DNA of 63,555 nucleotides, counting the filler, from Octopus bimaculoides (Eukaryota): assembly GCF_001194135.2 (NCBI RefSeq). It is 4 parts of 4 records of this genome, joined end to end, with 100 filler letters (N's around TTAATTAATTAA, not from the genome) between each part and the next. Parts side by side here need not be neighbours in the genome. Positions count along the whole stretch, not along the records: positions 61,964 to 63,555 come from NW_026439107.1; 3 more parts are not named here. One strand, written 5' to 3'. The position numbers were made by a program, and so were the translations under genes. Of the stretch, positions 63,307 to 63,555 are shown in pieces. The stretch's first letter is position 1; each line of letters starts with the position of its first letter. Under the pieces are notes generated by a model, which had not been told where the DNA came from, did no database searches, and saw only the letters and a list, made by a program, of their open reading frames with translations.

Positions 63307-63555
63307 ATGATGGTAGATAGGGAAGAGGGAGTATTCAGAGCGGAGACAAAAGGGAACACAGAGGAAGTGGTAACAAAAAAGTATGAAGAAGAATTACACA
63401 AGAAGGGACTACACAATCGATTCCAAATAGCAAGAACAGAAGTTGCTGGAAAAAATAGATGGGATTGGCTGATGTAAGGGACCCTAAAAAAGAGGCTGCT
63501 AGCACCATACTGGCAGCGCAAGGCCAAGCTTTGGCCACGAACTGGAGGGTCAAAC
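63307..63555 (+). mobile_element. R4/Dong-clade LINE ORF fragment (post-RT region), degenerate, runs off the window
   Basis: KKGLHNRF..RWDWLM*GTLKK, then after a 1-nt frameshift EAASTILAAQGQALATNW, matching the R4/Dong pattern W.WL..G.LKKETE..I.AAQDQAL.TN. Confidence 0.72.

Overview
AT-rich, repeat-dense eukaryotic DNA with many N gaps. The SINE repertoire, the (TA)/(CA)/(GATA) microsatellites and the overall style point to a coleoid cephalopod, most likely Octopus (inferred from recognising the repeats, not from a database search). Almost every ORF in the supplied track is a microsatellite or gap artefact, and no complete named gene is recognisable. The window holds about 30 SINE copies from four families, several MITEs with intact TIRs and target-site duplications (hAT, piggyBac-type, Tc1/Tigger-type), and decayed LINE or transposase fragments (two CR1-like, RTE-like, R4/Dong-like, three Penelope-like, one Tigger/pogo). 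Three identical 100-bp spacers (44N-TTAATTAATTAA-44N) show that at least four scaffolds were joined artificially. The first segment (1-25.3 kb) is CpG-poor and carries the only credible exon candidates: a plus-strand chain and a weaker, interleaved minus-strand chain. The rest is CpG-rich. The most interesting signals are degenerate hammerhead-ribozyme-like motifs at Penelope-type termini (including an inverted pair), a 120-bp hub whose two halves are each complementary to a different distant site, and several long foldback hairpins.
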